64,000 nt of DNA. Source: Albugo candida (lineage: Eukaryota). Position numbers and translations under genes: made by a program. Location: contig JBDOQK010000069.1 in assembly GCA_040437565.1 (NCBI GenBank), positions 1 through 64,000 on the forward strand. Reading direction: 5' to 3'. The notes beneath the pieces were generated by a model, which worked only from the letters and a program-made list of their open reading frames with translations, was not told where the DNA came from and made no database searches. Position 1 is the stretch's first letter; the number at the start of each line of letters is the position of its first letter. Positions 1-9,801 of the stretch are shown one piece after another.

Positions 1-36
1 AAACCCTAAACCCTAAACCCTAAACCCTAAACCCTA
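1..36 (-). repeat. Telomeric repeat tract (TTTAGGG)n, C-rich strand shown
   Basis: Five perfect AAACCCT units plus A at the very start of the window, with the C-rich strand at the 5' end as expected for a left chromosome end. Confidence 0.97.
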
Positions 37-570
37 CTTCGCCGATACTTCTTGCAAACACCGCTAAAATAGTCTACAGTGCTTTGTTGGACAGCTTTGG
101 ACATCAGCACCGAAGCTTGCCAGAACTTCGGCACACAACCTTCTCTGGGTAATCAACGGGATTCGCTGCGTTGTACGCAAGACTCTTTGGATGGAACGAT
201 ACAACACCATCTTTCGGACCAACCCTGCTACAAGCGTTCATGACCTCAACAACATTGGAATATCAGTCACTCGTCAAGCGACCTATTAAATCAAAGCCCA
301 CCTTCAACGCCTTGGACGTATCAATATATTAAACACGCGGCCTTTTCAGCTTTTTGCACGCTACATCGACACAGGGCAGTGTACTAGTGTCAACACCCCA
401 CAGCAACAGCTTCTTCTTCCCTTACCGAAGTTCCCGTTCTACAGTTATGTCTTGTTCCGTTCAAACTCGTGCTTAGCACATACTTGAATGGACAGACTCG
501 TAGGACTACTCTCAGTTAAGGGTTGTTTAAGTCAGTAAGATAGATAAAGAGTGTAATGAAATATTTGACA
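37..570 (+). mobile_element. 5'-truncated LINE fragment (ORF2 C-terminal tail and probable 3' UTR) abutting the telomere
   Basis: Frame +2 from 68 reads ...NLLWVINGIRCVVRKTLWMERYNTIFRTNP..., with LWMERYNTIFR at 185-217. This resembles the W-x-x-R-N-x-x-x-F motif at the end of L1/Tx1-type ORF2. The frame continues past a TAA at 287 (IKAHLQRL...) to ~486. The 3' boundary is approximate. Confidence 0.6.
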
Positions 571-750
571 AACCAGACTTGCCCTCCACTTCTAAATTTG
601 CTTTCTAGTGCGCAAGTGATATTCACACCGGACTTTTAAGGAGCCAATCAGCAAACTCCCCTTACACCCACTCCCCGGATTTTTTACAGCCTTTCGGCCC
701 CCTTTACCAACCTTTCCCAGCCTTTCCATCCCAGAAGCCCGTCTTAACCA

Positions 751-951
751 GCCTTTCCGTCTTCGAGGGATGCGAAGTCAGTTCTTACTCGTCTTTCCTT
801 CTTCGGAAGTAGCAGAAGTCCGGCTTTATTAGCCTTTCCTTCTTTGGAACAAGCAAAGACCAGGCATCTTGGCCTTTCCTCCTCTGCATTAGTCAACTTC
901 AGCCTTTACAAGCCGTTACTTCTTCGGAAGGAGTAGAAGCCCACCTTTATG
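751..951 (+). repeat. Degenerate ~40-bp tandem monomers in the LINE 5' UTR
   Basis: Units start GCCTTTCC/GTCTTTCC at 751, 791, 832, 872 and GCCGTTAC at 912. The core TCTTCGGAAG-(T/G)AG(C/T)AGAAG is shared by the 791 and 912 units. Confidence 0.7.
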
Positions 952-2475
952 GCTTCCACCAGACCGCAGTCTAATGTTGACACATCATGGCGCATCAAAT
1001 TCCTGGAAAATCACCCCCACAAAGTCTGTTATGTCCCAAATGAGGACGTATCTCAAGCATTTGAAGATGCCGTAGCATCATTCAAAATTCTGGCTTTACG
1101 TGAACTACAAAAATCGCGCATCGATCCATGCGACAAGATCGAAATGTTTATTCCGGCCCCAAGATTAACAACAGCATTTCGTCTGGATGAGATCCTACTC
1201 TCTCTACACCTCGAAGCACAAACGGCCACTTGGACTATGGCCTTGGACTCTTTGTGCGACTTTGTCAGCATCAAAAATAGAGGTATCATGTCTCACTGTC
1301 TCGACAGAACTGTGGCCCAAAAACTCGGCGGCACTGCAGTGCAATGTATGGGAAAACAGTTTGTGGTCCAACCATACCGTCGCTTTGGTGACTGGTACTT
1401 TGTCGAACTCAACAAAGTGCCAATGGGTCTACCAAACGACCCGATCACTTCCTTCCATCCATTAGGCATCCCCTTTGTGGTGACCCCGAGCACCAAGCCA
1501 GGCCTTATAGAATCAAGTGATCGGGTCGTTTGGTTCCGGTCCAAAATCGCCCCAAAAGGTCTCTTTACGGACACACAACAACCTTTACGGGAAATTTACT
1601 TTGCTGGTTTGCCTGACCCAGTTTACGTGCACCACAAACATCGTGCGCACAACCAAGTCACTCCACGCACAATATTGGCTAAGAAAGCAGCAATCAAAGC
1701 CGCTAAGGGATTCAAGCCATCGAAGAACACACTTCGACACATTGACCTTACAGCCACGCACACCCCCGCGGAAGTCAGCTCTTCCAACAACTTCCCCTCT
1801 TTGGTATGCCCCACTACCAAGGACTCTTTCGACACTTGGATACAAGTCTCGAAGTACATTAATTGTCGTAATCGACTACCCATTCCAACAGCAGAAGTGA
1901 TTCCAGTATCACCCTGCACAGACGAGGAAGAATCGTTCTTCGACATCCCGTTTACTCCCAGTCAATCTCAACTCGCCTTCTCTCCTATGGACGATGATGG
2001 TGGGCACGATATTACATGTATTGTCATGGGTCCCAACGGCATAGTTCGCAGCAACCCACTTTACCCCTGCGAGCCGATCGCACGTATGTTGGAGGAACAA
2101 TGCCTCCACAAAGACCCAAAGAAACTGGTCTCCAAAAGTGCCCGACGAAAGCACATCAAGAAGACCCAAGTCACCTTTAGGGGTCTTGGTGACCCCGAAA
2201 CACGTCTTGCTGCCATTGCAGCACAACCCTCCATTGTGGCTCCTACTTTCTTGGTTCACACTATCGAAACCCATGCAATGTTCCGGGACCATGCAATCCT
2301 ACGGGCTATCAGCTTCGCCCCTAACAACACTCATGGACACGCTTCCAGTCTGGTTAGTCGACTCCATCATCACTATGGAGAAAACGTACCATCAGGTGGC
2401 GTTCTCTTCGCTACGTTATTCCCTGATGAAGAAACACAAACACTTGCTTTGGCTCTGGCTATCTCCGACCTTTAA
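949..2475 (+). CDS. LINE ORF1 (gag-like nucleic-acid-binding protein), 508 aa open; ancestral ORF probably ran to 2796
   Basis: Long ORF directly upstream of the APE-RT ORF2. The same frame resumes after two TAA codons (2473, 2500) as ORF 2503-2796. Segment SDRVVWFRSKIAPKGL..REIYF resembles TWIVYFASSTCPESL..KKIAF in the ORF1 of the LINE at ~46.4 kb. Confidence 0.75.
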   Translation: MASTRPQSNVDTSWRIKFLENHPHKVCYVPNEDVSQAFEDAVASFKILALRELQKSRIDPCDKIEMFIPAPRLTTAFRLDEILLSLHLEAQTATWTMALDSLCDFVSIKNRGIMSHCLDRTVAQKLGGTAVQCMGKQFVVQPYRRFGDWYFVELNKVPMGLPNDPITSFHPLGIPFVVTPSTKPGLIESSDRVVWFRSKIAPKGLFTDTQQPLREIYFAGLPDPVYVHHKHRAHNQVTPRTILAKKAAIKAAKGFKPSKNTLRHIDLTATHTPAEVSSSNNFPSLVCPTTKDSFDTWIQVSKYINCRNRLPIPTAEVIPVSPCTDEEESFFDIPFTPSQSQLAFSPMDDDGGHDITCIVMGPNGIVRSNPLYPCEPIARMLEEQCLHKDPKKLVSKSARRKHIKKTQVTFRGLGDPETRLAAIAAQPSIVAPTFLVHTIETHAMFRDHAILRAISFAPNNTHGHASSLVSRLHHHYGENVPSGGVLFATLFPDEETQTLALALAISDL

Positions 2476-2814
2476 CTCCGCTCCTATGGTGCGTCACTGT
2501 AAATGGATCCCCTCAGCGTTGGGGCTTTAATCACAGAGCCTCAACCTTCGTTTATCCAGCAAAGTCTTTTTTTACTTTGGGATGATAGCGTCCTTATGGC
2601 TTTGGCCGCATCAGAGCTGGACACATCTCTGCTTACGACAGCACCAAAATTTGTGGAAGACGCGTGTGGTCTCCCCCACTTCACGTATTCGTGCGCGGAA
2701 GACAATATGGCGCAGTCTAGTACTTCTTCTGGCATGGATCTTGCAGAACACTCCGACTTAGTCGTCTCTAGCTCGACATCTTCCCCTTGCCTCTAAGCAG
2801 CCTTGATCCTTCTC

Positions 2815-5800
2815 CGGTCTTTCACTCAATGTGAACGGACTGAATCATGAGAACCCGGCTTTTTATCGCAAACTTCTACCTCAACACCAACTTATATCCT
2901 TTCAAGAAACCCGTTTCAGTACTGAAGGCAGCAAAGACCGCAACACTTACCTCATCAACACCGTGGATTCTGGCGCTACTACGTTTTACTCCCCCTTGGA
3001 CAATCCTCATGGAGTGGGCCGTAATGGACTTGCCTTAATCTTACCATTCAGTCACCCCTTTGAACCCTTGCTCGACATTACTTCCCAGTATATTCCAACC
3101 ACCAGTCGCACGCTACCTCCTGATCGATACCACATTGGATCAACAACCGCTTTGGATTCATGTGGTTTATGCACCGGCATAACTAGCAGCCAGAACTTCT
3201 TTCTTCGATTCTCTACCAAGCGATATTCCGGACGGTATTCAGCACATAGTCTTAGGGGACTTTAATGTTCCCTTCGATCCTGTTCTGTATTCCTGCACAT
3301 CTCTCTCTCATGCATCATCATCTACGGCATTACAATAATACGCTCTACATTTAGGCCTTGTTGATGCTTGGAGAGAAACTTCCCCCAACATACAAGAGTT
3401 TACCGGCCCGAGACGCCGAAATCGCACTGACTACTGCCTCTTATCATCGGATCTCTTTACCAACAACTTAGTTCATATGAAACATGACTCGGAAACTCAA
3501 TATCATCTAGCGGATCACTTGCCTGTCATTTTTCGATTACAACATGCTGCCTACACCGTTTGTTCACGCCTACCTTGGAAATGCCCTACTTGGCTTTGAA
3601 AAGTGCCTTACGTCCAAGACGTCCTAAAGACTCGACTTTACATCTAGTGGATCGACTTCGCTTTGGAGGAGAGGACAACCCTGGCGCTTTTCCGAAGAGC
3701 ACAAGCGTTCCAACCTTCTTTATCTCCGGCATCAATTCCAAACAATCAGGACTCACCAGCAACTACAACTTACACAGTTACGGCGTGACTACCACACTGC
3801 CGCCCATCTTGGAGCTCTCCCTACGACTTCCAACACAAATCACGCACATCTTCTTCTCACGGAAGTTAACGAGGAAGAAACCAGGCGCAAAACACTTGGT
3901 TCGTGGCATCATTTCGACAATACAATCCGATACAGTGAAAAAGCTACCAAACCCTTTCTCCGACCCCCTACTCCAGTTTTATGCCAAGTATGCATTCCAT
4001 CCACTCAACGTATCGACGGATCTCAAGCCACTTCTCCTGATGAAATGACGGCGATCCATCGTGATTACTGGTCACAAATCTTTCAATTACCTTCAAAAGA
4101 ATATTCCTCCAGTGTTCATTACCGCAGACATGGCCCAGTTCAGCTAAGCTCTTTTCTACAGCATACCACACAAACCCTTACCGATCACGATCGCGCATTT
4201 CTCGATGCCCCTTGTACGGCGAACGACTTTTACTGGGCAATCAAGACGTCACTTCGAAACAAAGCTCCCGGATATGATGGCCTTCCAGTAGAATATTATC
4301 AATCTTCCACATCGACTTGGGCGCGGCTCTTTGAGTTAGTTTACCCCGCACAACGATCCAAAGGACGAATGACCATGTTCCAACGAAAGCTACAGTTACA
4401 CTTCTATATAAGAAGGGTGACAGAAGCCTTCCAAGTAACTACCAACCTACTACTCTCCTCAATCATGACGCAAAGCTCGGTCCCAAGTTTCTTACTTACC
4501 GCCTTCGCAACGTCCTACCGAAGCTACTCCACCCCGATCAAAGTGGCTTTGTTCAAGGCAGATCAATTCGACATAGACTAGTGCGGTTTCAAGACATCCA
4601 ACAACTCTGCCTGCAACGATTTCCCAATGCTGGTGCTATCTTATTGGACTTCGCCACGGCTTTTGACAGTGTGTTGTGGCCTGCTCTTCACACTGTCTCA
4701 AACCATTATGGCGTTGGGGCTACCTTTCGCTCATGGATCAAGCCCTTTTAACAAGATAACCTTATCGCTATAATGGTGAATGGTCGTGCAAGCAAGTTCT
4801 TTCAACTCGGAAGCGGCGTTCGTCAACGTGACCCCCTTTCACCTTCTCTTTTTGTGCTCTTCCTGTAACCCTTAATGAATTATCTCCGCGCAACGACAGG
4901 TCACCTTAGCATACCCGTCCAAGGTTCATCAGTACCTCAACACCTTACCGCCTTTGCGGACGATTGCACCGGTTTTCTCAAAGATCTCCGAGACACACCT
5001 CGCTTTATGACCAAGGTCAAAGATTATACACAAGCTACTAGGCTCCAACTCAATCCATCCAAAACTCAGTTATTTGGCTATCAAGTATCTTCTCCGGATT
5101 TAGTGGATTCCTTGGCATTACTCCCTCGGACGTTTTCTGCAGTGTTCCCCAAAGTCACATTTCTTGGTGTGAAACAATACCAAGACCTCAACATATCTTC
5201 ACGCTTCCCTTCCTTGCTCAGCAAACTTCAAGCTCGAATTGTAGCATGGAGATTTCGAGACAGGACACTGCATGGCCACGGAGTGATCTTACGATCTATT
5301 GTTTATCTCTTCTCTGGTACCCTGCGGCAGTTACGCCTCTTCAATCCATCACTATCGACTCGGCATGGAAGTTGTGCAAAGCCTTCCTATATCAACGGCC
5401 AACCGAATTACGTTACAGACAGCATGCGGTGGTTTAGGCCTACCTTGTCGCCAAGATTTCTTCCGGGCAATGCATCTTTGCCTTATAAGGGACGGTATTA
5501 AGGTTTTTTTAGCCTGTACTCCCCCTTCATGGTTCCTACCAGCAATTCAATTAATGACGGAATCACTTGATGGTACCGGTGTTGGTTTGGACTTACTCTA
5601 TTCTCTTATTCATCTCTCAGCTATACCGCAACCTCGTTGGTCGTGCCTTGGTTCCCTATGGTATTCAACGTTTCAACAATGGTATCGTCTCCTCCAAGGA
5701 CCTTCCAACACTACTACCCATACTACCCATGCAATACAAGCACCTATATGGCGCCACTACCAGCGCGTGTTTGGACCGAAACAGCGCCCTATGGAACATG

Positions 5801-6100
5801 CAAGTATTCATACTCGACTGCTTTATCAGCATGGATGTTAACATCTTTCCGACTTTATCGGTCGCTTCGGTTCCCTGACTACTCACAAATTCCTCAAAGC
5901 AGTCCTTCCAGTTACAGCTTTTCACCGGCAAAGAGATTACATGGCAACACTCAACCTTTTCACCAAGTACTTTGAGACACTTATATTCACTCCTTTTTCA
6001 CTCCCTTTGAGTCAAGTGACCAGAAAAGTTATATTGACTTGCTTTCGATTGAAGTTCACTCCCGTCTACGTGTACTCTTAAGATAAGAGAACTTTTTGCC
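2815..6100 (+). pseudogene. LINE ORF2 (AP endonuclease + reverse transcriptase), frameshifted and stop-disrupted
   Basis: APE motifs: SLNVNGL (2822), FQETRF (~2900), VLGDFN (~3250), LVDAWRE (~3360), ADHLPV (~3510). RT motifs: KAPGYDGLP (4261), LLHPDQSGFVQGRSI (~4525), LLDFATAFDSV (~4641), GVRQRDPLSP (~4815), AFADD (~4950). Motifs are spread over several frames. Confidence 0.92.
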
Positions 6101-6399
6101 CTCTCCGCGTCTTACCATCCACCAACTTTAACTATGCATGGTGAAATTGTACTGTAAAGAGAGCGCTCATAGTAGCAAGGCAGTAGTGATAGAATGGAGG
6201 CAAATCGTAACTGACGCCACACTTTCTGTCTCTTAGATACAACAGACGCAACCGACTTGTCTTTGACATCAATATTGGAGGGTTTGCATCCGCCGCGCGA
6301 CAACGGTATGTAAAGAGATGCTGACAGTCACGTAATAATAGAACTCTGACGAGCAGCAAATGCCACACTTTTCCGCTTAACTTACGCGATTAACCCTTC

Positions 6400-7310
6400 A
6401 GCAATTCAAGAGGCCGAATAAGGTAGCCGTGAAGAATTTTTTTCCGAGGCACAGAAATGAGCTCTTGGTCAGGGATGCGCAGTGACTATCAAACGTTCAG
6501 TTACCGGAAAAAATGCATACTTGAAATGTAACCGTGGTGGCGCACACCTGTCTCAAATATCAGAACGGAAGCGACAGACAACATCTTGGCGCATTGAATG
6601 TCTTTTTCTCCTCTCTGCGAATTATCAAAAAAAGTGAATGGAAGTGAAAGACGATACAAAGCTAGCACAATCACGGATGTTCTCTTCATCCCTCCGGGCA
6701 TTCAACCCATAGAAAGCTCACCGAAGAACAGGCAGAAGAACTGAAGAAAAGGACAAATGAGGGTGTCAAACCGACTGTAATTTTGCCAGCGCTAAGGATG
6801 ACGAAAAAGAACACCTTCGCAATTCTGCGCACAATGCATAAGGCTCGAGTCAAAGTTCGAAGCAACCAACTCGCGGGAGAACTGCCCTAGGAACTCTTTT
6901 TGATGATCTTCGAGAAAGTGACTATGTGCACCATATCAAAGCAAATAAAGGCGGAAACATTACTGGCCTATTTTTTGCGCATCCGGACAGCGTGAAGCTG
7001 GAGAATCAATACAATCACGTTGTTGTGATAGACTGCACGTATAAAGCGAATCGTTACCGAGTCATCTTTCTTCACACCATCGAAATGACCGCGTTCAACT
7101 AGACGTTCACCATAGGTTTCTGCTTCCTCGCCGGGTAGAAGGTGGAAAATTATGTGTGGGTAATGTCGAAAATTGTCAACAGTGTGGAAAAATGGATCTG
7201 CGTCAAAGGTAATCATCACGGACCGGGAACTGGCCCTTATGTCGGCCATCGCACAAGTCCCCCATCGTCCTCGAATCTGCTCAGCATTTGGCATATCAAT
7301 AAAAGAAGAT
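6400..7310 (+). mobile_element. Mutator-like (MULE/FAR1-type) transposase remnant, 3'-truncated
   Basis: N-terminal FAR1/WRKY-like segment (AVTIKRS..YLKCNRGG..RKRQTTSWRIEC..HNH). MULE DDE-domain segment FFAHPDSVKL..VVVIDCTYKANRY..FTIGFCFL..ENYVW..VIITDRELALMSAI..NLLSIWHINK. Contains stops and frameshifts. Confidence 0.85.
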
Positions 7311-7326
7311 TTTGGAGTTACTGAGT

Positions 7327-8941
7327 CATTCTACTTTGACCTTCACAAATGAGGAGAAGAATGTTGCTGGCGAACCATTGGTGACCTAATTACTCGCTTT
7401 GACATCATCTTACTCGCAAAAGATCATTCAACTGGAGGAAGAGATAGATGCGCTTACGAAAGATGAGAAGAAACTTCCAACAGCCATTCATAGTAAAGCC
7501 AACACGACAATGCGCTTCTCAAGATTACACGAACAGCTGTAAAGTCTTCAGCAGCAAGTTGGCTTTGCCCGTGGTGCCGAGCGGTAAGGAAAAAGACTCA
7601 CTTTACAGCTCAAGAATGGTACATTGAAAATCACACCATTAGAGAACAAAGTATCTTCGATGAAAAAACAAAAGGCGAATTTACAGCGTCAATTAAAGGA
7701 AGAATCCGAACGTCATCAGAAAGAAAAGCGCCAGCAACAACTGCGGATACTTCGTCTCAACCGTCAGGAAGAGCGAAAGCAGTACCAATTACAGAAATTG
7801 TCGGAATTACATGCTAAGCAGAAAACTGTTTTGAAACGGAAGACTGAAGAAGTTGCTGCTGCCAAGCGAATGCTCATGATGCACAAGTCTTCCACTTTAA
7901 AAAAGTCCAAAAGCGCATTATGCACTTCGAAACTCCCACTTCGTTCAGCCCCTGAAGCGATGGCGTCTCCTGTTCCCGTATAGGCAAGTAGCCTAGTTCG
8001 TGAGATTCTCGACGTACAAATCACTCTGCTGGGAGCACATAGTGATATTCGGACGTATCAAGACGAAAGGTTAGAACTGGCCTTGAAAATAGCTCAAGTC
8101 GAGAAATCGGGATGTGCAAGGACTGAGGATTTAAAGTCTCTCGAATCATGGAAGCGTCTTCTTCGCGAGAAAGATGAACTCATACGAACGCTACAAGCCA
8201 AAGTTGCTACTGTGGTAAAATAGAACCCGGTTCCCGATGAACTGTGAAAGAACAATTGTGTCATTTTATTATTAAATCTCTTTTGGAAGAAGCAATCGGT
8301 GGCAAAGCTACGAATTCTGAGCTGAAATCGTGTAAAAAAGATCTACGTTAGACAGAAGAAAGACTCGTTCAAGCTTTGGGAGACCTTGACCATCTCCGTG
8401 ATCATGCACATACCAAGACAATAGCTCCCAGTAACGAGACGATGCAAGCAAGACAAAAATTTGTGATATAGCCACTACACCTTGCTGTGCACGATGTGAA
8501 AGAGTCTCAATCGGAATTGAAGAAATTGAAAACCTTTTCGCAGAAAGAAAAACGTATGAAATTCTCAGTGACGACGGGCTCGAAGACTGGATATCGGAAA
8601 AATGGAGTGCTGACGACTATGATTATGTTGAAGGTGAAGAGCAACTGAGAGCGGTGAAGAATCGGAAGCGTCTTGAGCAGAACGCTCGAGCTGATTCGGT
8701 CACGTGCCTCGAAAAAGCATCGGCTGGTCCTAGAGACAGTATGGAAGAGATTGATCGGCTTTTACTGCATGTCTCCGAGTCCAAATCTGATTGCTGTCAA
8801 TGCAGTGGAAGATGTACGACAAAATTGTGTGCATGTCGTGCAAATAAACAAGACTTTGGAAATAACTGTTCGTGTTATGCTCTAAAATGTCATAATCGTC
8901 CTGAGAAGAGACTTCGACTTCAAAAAAAACATTTTGGATGA
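7327..8941 (+). pseudogene. Kinesin-4 (KIF4/chromokinesin-like) stalk and Cys-rich tail remnant; motor domain absent
   Basis: Coiled coil MKKQKANLQRQLKEESERHQKEK..KQYQLQKL..KQKTVLKRKTEEVAAAKR (7624-7983) matches the conserved KIF4 stalk (..VLRRKTEEAAAA..). C-terminal CCQCSGRCTTKLCACR..CSC..KCHNR (~8790-8900) matches the KIF4 CXC tail. Multiple in-frame stops. Confidence 0.82.
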
Positions 8942-9051
8942 ACAGCATGAAGCACCAGCTGCGTCTCTGAGTCTCTGACTTCAAATCAGCAAGAAAACGA
9001 CATCGGGTTGAGCGTCGCGTAATAAAAACGATCCTTTCTCTCCACTTCATT

Positions 9052-9801
9052 TCAGGTGTTTTGATCGCGATTATTTCTACTTCCTCTGAATTGTATGTTT
9101 TTCTTTTTCAACACCTCGATTCCTTCAACATTTGCGAAATCGTAATGATTTATAATATCTGCAGTGAATGTGTACTGATATAAATCACTCATATTGTCAT
9201 CGATATTACTCAACTGCATCGTAAACGCTTGCATTTCTTCGGGTTTGAATGGAAGAACAACATATAGTGGGGAATGGAAGGCGTGCACGGGCTTCCTTGT
9301 CATAAAAACGTGCTTGTAGTTGTCCATATTCGTAAATGCGGCAAAGTAGCAGTGGTGTGCTAGTGAGCGCAGAGACGCGTTCTTTTGAGTATCCTTTGCA
9401 ATCCTCAGACAGAATGTAGAACTGTGAGCTAGGATGGGTCTCAAATCATACGAGGCGATGCAGTTGCAGTCTAGCCACACCGCATACATACGCAAAAGAC
9501 CTCGTTCTAAACTCAAAGATGGAACTTTATCGTCCTGAAGAAGAAGTACTTGGGCCAAAAGGTTTCGAGTATGACTTTGCTGAAAAGTATCCTGATAAAT
9601 TTGTAAAATTCGACGTGAATGGTGATATCTGCATTCCTCCCAATCGAAAAAGCCTTTTTGAAAGAATGCCAGACCCATTCCAGCACAATCGTGTCCTTCA
9701 ACACTTTCCTTAAAGCCACAAATGAAGTACCTGAATGCGTTGCCTATACTATTCACAAGCTCGCAATCTCCCGGTGCTGACTTGATACATTTTATCGTCA
9801 T
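9052..9801 (-). CDS. Hypothetical protein, 249 aa, intact and intronless
   Basis: ATG-started 750-bp ORF with plausible globular composition, in a region where other ORFs are short or broken. No family recognised. Confidence 0.55.
   Translation of the reverse strand: MTIKCIKSAPGDCELVNSIGNAFRYFICGFKESVEGHDCAGMGLAFFQKGFFDWEECRYHHSRRILQIYQDTFQQSHTRNLLAQVLLLQDDKVPSLSLERGLLRMYAVWLDCNCIASYDLRPILAHSSTFCLRIAKDTQKNASLRSLAHHCYFAAFTNMDNYKHVFMTRKPVHAFHSPLYVVLPFKPEEMQAFTMQLSNIDDNMSDLYQYTFTADIINHYDFANVEGIEVLKKKNIQFRGSRNNRDQNT

Larger units (their letters stand above)
570..6100 (+). mobile_element. Near full-length, 3'-truncated, degenerate APE-type non-LTR retrotransposon (L1/Tx1-like LINE)
   Basis: 5' UTR with repeats, ORF1, then ORF2 with APE and RT motifs in canonical order. 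No C-terminal zinc finger, tail motif or poly(A) is seen before the sequence changes character at ~6100. Boundaries are approximate. Confidence 0.9.

Noticed and set aside
751-951. Regularly spaced repeats considered as a CRISPR-like array
   Set aside because: The context is eukaryotic, the units are degenerate along their whole length, there are no unique spacers and no cas genes.
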